The position numbers and the translations under genes are program-made. The notes under the pieces are model-generated. The model was not told the DNA's origin. It saw only the letters and a program-made list of their open reading frames with translations, and ran no database searches. A DNA stretch of 64,000 bases, taken from contig SMSO01000037.1 in assembly GCA_004764695.1 (NCBI GenBank), positions 2,952,747 to 3,016,746 of the forward strand. Direction: 5' to 3'. Positions within the stretch are counted from its first letter, which is position 1; the number at the start of each line of letters is the position of its first letter. This document shows positions 58,139 through 64,000 of the stretch, piece after piece. Source of the stretch: Schizochytrium sp. TIO01. Its lineage: Eukaryota; Protista; Bigyra: Labyrinthulomycetes.

Positions 58139-61100
58139 TACTACTGTGATGTTTGAAGGATAAAGCAAAAGGAAGGTGGACTTGATGAAGAGTTTTATAG
58201 GCATTAGCAGGATTCAAAGAAGAGCGAAGAACACCAGCTTGTTGGACCTTCCTCCTCTGTTTCCTGTTTCTTCCGGTTTCCTTTCATTCCGAATCACATG
58301 TCCTATTTTGTTTGTTTGTTTGTTTTCTTTGTTTGTTTGTTTATTTTCTTTCCAGGCATGAAAGACGTACTTTCGCGGAAGATAAGAACGCCTGGCAGAG
58401 AACGCCGCTCGAAGGCTTTGCTCCGGTTCAGGCGCAACGAATTGAGGCAGGCTACTGCTGCGCTAGCTTGGTTGGTTTGCCGGTGCCAGGGCAATAAAAA
58501 CAGAGGACAGGCAGTAGAGAGGAGGCGAAAGGAAGTCGGTAGCAGTTGATAAATTGGCCTTTCCTGCGAACTTTGAGGAACAGTGTCTCTCGCTGTCCAT
58601 TTGGGCCTGTTGACACACATTCATATAAGACCCGTCTATGGCTTACTCCTAGGAGCTCGTCACAGCGCACATCTGCAATAGGATTTAGGATGGAGATCAA
58701 GGTGTAAGAATCTGCATGTGCTGCATGTGTTGCTGCTGCATGTGTTGGTGTTGCTTTGAGGGGGTGTAAAAGGCCACACCATTTTTGTGGCTAGTTTACA
58801 CACATCGCAATGTTTTTCACGATAAAAGCAAGTTGTTTGATGTTGAGAAGACCATGAAATTGAAATGACTCACAATTATACAAAGTTGAAGCGAAGCATT
58901 GCTGAGAGTCGCAACACGCCAGATCCGTTCTTCCACCGTGCATGTGCTGCTCAATATTTTTTACTATAATAACCTTGGCAAATGTAGAGCACATCCTGGT
59001 CAGTCTTGCTTTACACGTTTTATTTTCTCTCGCTCAAATTTGATTGATGGCAATCCTTAAAGAGCTCACATTGATGATATCCATGGCAAGTGTGAATCGC
59101 ACTTCCTTACACATGAAGGATTTGGTTCAGGTGCACCAGCAGAAAAGGAGGCGTCTATACGAGATTGATCGCACTGCTCTGCAAAGCAGGATGTTATGTT
59201 TTCACATTAATGTACACATCACACATAGACAGGCACTGGTTTATCAAGTCGCAAAAGACTTGGAATCGGCATCGTAGAGATCACTAGAAATACATGCTAG
59301 ATGGAGAGCGAATAGTTTTCAGGTTTCCATCATAACCGCGTATGCGATCTTTGGGACGTCGTGAGATAAGGAAAATCATGGCTCATGTGCTCCACTGCAT
59401 GCCTCCTTCCTTCTACACACTTAACTTCTTGTGTTCAAGCCAGACATTTGTTGCTCGCATGGACCACGAGTTGAGTTCGAAGAAGACCTCTTCATGGTCC
59501 ATCCATCGCGAAGACAGAAGTCAACCATTCGGCCACGCCACGCTGGCCTGAACGAAGCGAGACTGGCCTTTCTGGGCGTTTCATCAAAGATGTACATTAG
59601 GAGACCCGTCTTTGGGGAAGAGGCGCACACTGTCTTACTGCATCTGCTTACTTGAAGGAACTCCGGGAGGCCACATCTCTTCGATCCTGGGAGGTCTTTG
59701 CAAGGCCGTGCTCATGGCCGACTCGCCAGCCTGTGCAGGAGCTCATAATCATCGCCATGATCATGCCAAACTAAACTCGCTGGCTGGCTGGCTGGCTGGC
59801 TGCACTCTCTGGCGATGGAGTGCTCTCGGCCGTGCTAACCGTCCTCCGCTGCGACGGCTGCGCCCATGGATAACAGGCCAAGCAAGGCTCGCTGGCCTCT
59901 TGGGAATCATGGCAGCCTGCTCCGCATTCTCCTGGGTTACGGAGGGTTCCAATCCTCTTCAACGGGTATCTGAGATTCGTTCATTCATCCACCCTGGTTG
60001 AATATGAGTGCAATTAATCACCCTGAAAGCCCGGTCCCTCCTCTGTCAGCTCGGAGCGGCTCGAGGCCGTTGATAAGCCTTTGCAGCACTTGAGAGCGGG
60101 GGTTTATGCATGTCCTGGACCAAGACGGTGGCTTATTTATTCTCCTTGGCAGCACAAGACCTCCCTGTCCATCAGCAGTCGTCCTTCACTCCTCTTGGAG
60201 ATGGCCGACCGAACGAAACGAATCACCAACTAACTTGTGGACCAAAGCCAAACAAACTTGCGCCGGAGCGACAGTGGACTCGACGCCAGGATGAGTTTAG
60301 AATGCTATGACCACGCATCGGGTGTTTTGTAGACCAGCGGCAATCTGAACGTATCTTCGTGAATGCCTGCGTTATTATTGGCGCAGAGGTCAATTGGAGT
60401 ACCGCTGAGTTGGGTTGAGCAAGCAAGTTCTTTGGGACCCTTCGGTTCTTTCTCTCTCTATTCTAGACCATTTTTTATTTTATTTTTAATATGATTTTAT
60501 TTCAAAATAAAAAACGTAATAAAAAATCTTGTTATGATTTCTATTTTTAAAGAACACTTTATAGTTGTTCCTCCACCTTCTTCAAAATAAAGGCGTTCTA
60601 AAATCGGAAAGAGAGAAAACATTTTATAACAAATAAATTAAATATATATGTGTACATAGAATATATTCAAGAAACAAACTGCTTTGAAAGTAAACATGTT
60701 AAAAGCCTATAGCAAAAGTGCCTTTTGAGTTATTTATCACAGCAGAAAACAAAAACAAAAGCAACAGAGATCGATGATTCGTTCGCACACGAAGAGCGCC
60801 AGAAAGGTTTGCAAACTAAAGTAAAATAGATTCAATTTTATTTATTTATAATTTTAATTCCATTAGACCCTCTCTTATTTTTTTTTTTATTTTTTTTTTA
60901 AATGCCTTTTAAATTAAAGACAAAGCTTACCAAAAATCAAATTAAAAGGAAAATCAATATAGCATAAATTTGTTCTTTCTGGCGTTCTTATTCGTTTCCA
61001 GGCGGCTTCGTTCGAGTTTGTTGCCTTAGGCGGTCTCGAAGCCGTTCATGGCCGTGGCCGACCGTGGGATGCTCTCCAATCAGCACAGGCCCCGGCAGCC

Positions 61101-61695
61101 CAGACACTCTGAGGCTCCGCGGTCGGCTCGACGAGTTGAACGCCGCTCCCGCCACCGTCGGAGCGAGCGTTAGGTGCCCTGGCAGGAATTCATTCATTCA
61201 TTCATTCATTCATCCAATAATCAATCTATCGCGCAATCGACGGACCAAATTGCAATTCGTAGTGCAGGAAACGAAGAGATCGGCCACAGAAGACCAACTT
61301 TGCCAAGAACCCGTAGAACGAAGGAGGCCACTCCTCACTCCGCAGAACCTCACGCATGTCAGATCATGTCAATGTCAAATCGCGCCACCTCGCATGAAGG
61401 AATTTGAGCCCAAATGCGAACCCAAATGCGAATGAACTCTGCCTGCGAATAACATATGCGGCAAGACCTGATCAATTCAAGGAAGGACGTCAGTCAGTCG
61501 AAGCCGCAGGTCCCTGTGCTGGGTTCTCTCGCTTCTTCACGAGAACTCAAGTTTCGATTTAGCACGCCATGTCTGTGGCAAGCGCTAACTAATGCCGCTC
61601 CTCGAGTGCTGCTGAGCCGCAGTTTTAGTATTTAGTATCCCTCGACCGACTCCACTCGTTGCAGGTTAGTCAGCCAGTCGGCTTCATTCCTTGGA

Positions 61696-61872
61696 CAAGC
61701 TCAAGCGCAAGCTCAAGCGCAAGCTCAAGCTCAAGCTCAAGCTCAAGCTCAAGATCGAAGTCAAGATCATGCTCAAGCTCAAGATCGCTGCCCAGTGCAG
61801 GAGAAATCCACGATGGACGTAGTGAATGCGCGCGAATTGATATTCGAGCTCAGCTCAGCTCAGCTCAGCTCA
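61696..61872. repeat. (CAAGCT)n and (GCTCA)n tandem repeats
   Basis: caagctcaagcgcaagctc... at 61696-61785 and gctcagctcag... at 61847-61872. Confidence 0.85.
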
Positions 61873-64000
61873 GGTCTCCGTTCGCGGGGGTGCAGGCAAA
61901 CTTGTTAGGTACCACCGGCGCCGACTCTACAGCGAACCCTCTTTCGAGATGAGGGATTTGTTTGCTTCTCTGAGTGTGTGCTGCTTGAGCTCTCTCTTGT
62001 GCGACCTCACGCAGAGCACGGCGAAGTGAAGCAGAGAGAAGGAAAGATAAGGTGTCTCGTCGTGGTCAGCACTGCAGCGAAGGAATCACAGCCCGCCAAG
62101 ATTTGCCGCCTTCGCTGGAATGCTGACCTTCTCGCGCGAAAGTGCACTTTGCATATTGGGTGGTCACCTTTGAATAGCACTTGCACGCGTGCATTATTTC
62201 CTGGTTTGCGGGTTGCGGCCAATAAATGAATGAATAAAGGAATAAATGAATCAACGATTGACACAGAGGTTTGAAATACGATGTGAAGTCCTGTATATGA
62301 TCTACGACGCAGGTAAAGTTTGCAAGCCCGCTTGACTATGCAGGCAGCAAATGGCGGAGTGCTTGCAGAGTTCTCAGGACTCACGCTGACAAAGGGCAGA
62401 AAGCACCTCCCTAGGTGGGCACTTGCCTCGAGCGCTACTACGCAGGAAAACATTGGCTGCCAACAAAAGACTTGTCTGAAAGAGAACTGCAAACCGTGTG
62501 CGCTGTATTCTCTGGAGCCTGAAGGCCTTGAAGCCTGAGGTTATGACTGATTTACTCAACGGTGTTCGTCCCTCCCAGGAGCCGCGATTCTCGGGTGGCC
62601 AGAGCACAAGTACGTACGCACGTCAGCGCAACGGCACAATGCCCTCGCAGGCCAGTAGCACTCGTACGAAGGAGTCAGAGGCCACTATGAAGAAACCAAG
62701 AATCCCCGTCAGCCAATCTTTCAGAGCAGTTGAGATCACCCGAACTTTTGTGGTGGCGAACACACCATGCTCGTGGGAAGAAATGGTGACGAGAATCCTC
62801 ACCTCCTTGGATTTTGTTCGTTTTGCGCGGCTTTTGGTGTATAAGTTTTTATATCAATGTGTTTTCGGAGGCTGGACAAGAGGAATCTCCCAGCAGTGGT
62901 ATTTTATTTACTCTTTTCCGGCCTTTCAGGCCCACCTCATGAAACAGAGGTCGGGGGCTGGAGACTGTAGAGAGGCGAGCTCAGTGGCAAGTGATCTTCT
63001 TCGCTCGCTTGCTCAATGTTTGACGCAGGCAAGTGCAATGATATTCTTTTTAGAAGAAAACTAAACAGGAAAAACTCGCACTTCCGCACGTGCTTTTCTC
63101 GGTTAGTAGGTAAGCAGAAGAAGAAATGTTCGAAAAAGATGAGTTCCCACAGAACATTTCTTCTGTTTAAATCACAGGACTAAACATCTGAACACAAATT
63201 CAACTACTTTATTTAAAATTGCCATCCTTCAAGTTTCTATGTAATATGTTGCGACACCGTCTCATTGAATTGCAAAATCGACTGTATAGAATTAACCGGC
63301 CACTTTACAGAACCAGCAAGTCAGTGTGATAATTTTCATGTCTAAAAAAGCTTCACTCGTACCTCTTTTAGTTTAAGAGGGAGCTGTTTCTAAAATATCA
63401 GCCTAAATGGCTGCTGCGAGTGAGGCAGTTTAGATGAAACTCAATTAAATGAAAAACAAAAAAAAACAGAACCAGCGAGAGATAAAAGAAATATGCGCTT
63501 TTCTCATTGATAAGGGATACACAGTTCAAAATAGTATGGTGCATTTTGAGAACTTCTCGTAAGCTCTAACTGGTTTTATTATTTCCTACTCTCATCATTC
63601 CTCTCGTATAAAATCTTGTGTAGACATGAAATGTTACATATTAAATCTGGCAAAAGCAAAAGCTTCGCCAAGATCAAACTAGATAAGCAAGCAGTCATAG
63701 CATTCTGCCAGATCAATGAAGTCTTGGTAAAGTCGTAAGCATGTAGCGACATCGTGTCATGCTTCCACTGCATTTAAGGCAATGAGTTCGCTTGTTCATT
63801 GATCAATTGATGTAGAATAAGCAACAAAATGTGTTGTTTCTGTCATCCAAGGTTGCGAGAAGTTAGATATTCCAGAGGCAAGAGACAATTCCCTTCCTCA
63901 AGAAATGCATGCCATGCGAGGAGGATACAGGGCAATATCAAGCAACAGATCAAATGACTACTACGAACAAAGCGAACGAAGAAAGAAAATATAAAGAGTG

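Noticed and set aside
62498-63064. 188-aa + strand ORF
   Set aside because: GTG start, no recognisable domain, composition drifts into AT-rich sequence; at most a decayed fragment

Overview
Eukaryotic nuclear DNA: intron-poor genes, GT-AG introns and microsatellite-rich intergenic tracts. The gene style suggests a stramenopile, probably a thraustochytrid/labyrinthulomycete; this assignment is inference only. Supported genes: (1) a giant intronless BIRC6/BRUCE-like E2-E3 ubiquitin ligase (9295-23352, -) with UBL, degenerate BIR-like, jelly-roll, SPRY, UBR-box, Tudor-like and UBC domains, whose probable N-terminus lies in an overlapping out-of-frame ORF (23207-24262); (2) a Ser/Lys/Glu tandem-repeat protein with a CACGTG cluster upstream; (3) a divergent frataxin-like protein; (4) a small acidic/basic orphan; (5) a Rab-GDI with a helical module plus PDZ domain inserted in its core; (6) Mediator subunit Med20; (7) a 4-exon mitochondrial 2-oxodicarboxylate-type carrier with distant branch-point motifs; (8) a 2-TM orphan; (9) LETM1 with two EF-hands. 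The flanks (1-9 kb, 53-64 kb) and some intergenic gaps hold a ~640-bp (TTA)n tract, many other SSRs and decayed gene fragments (LRR, possibly Myb and kinase). No rRNA, tRNA, CRISPR array or intact mobile element was recognised. Best leads: the GDI-PDZ insertion and the frameshift-split BIRC6-like ligase.
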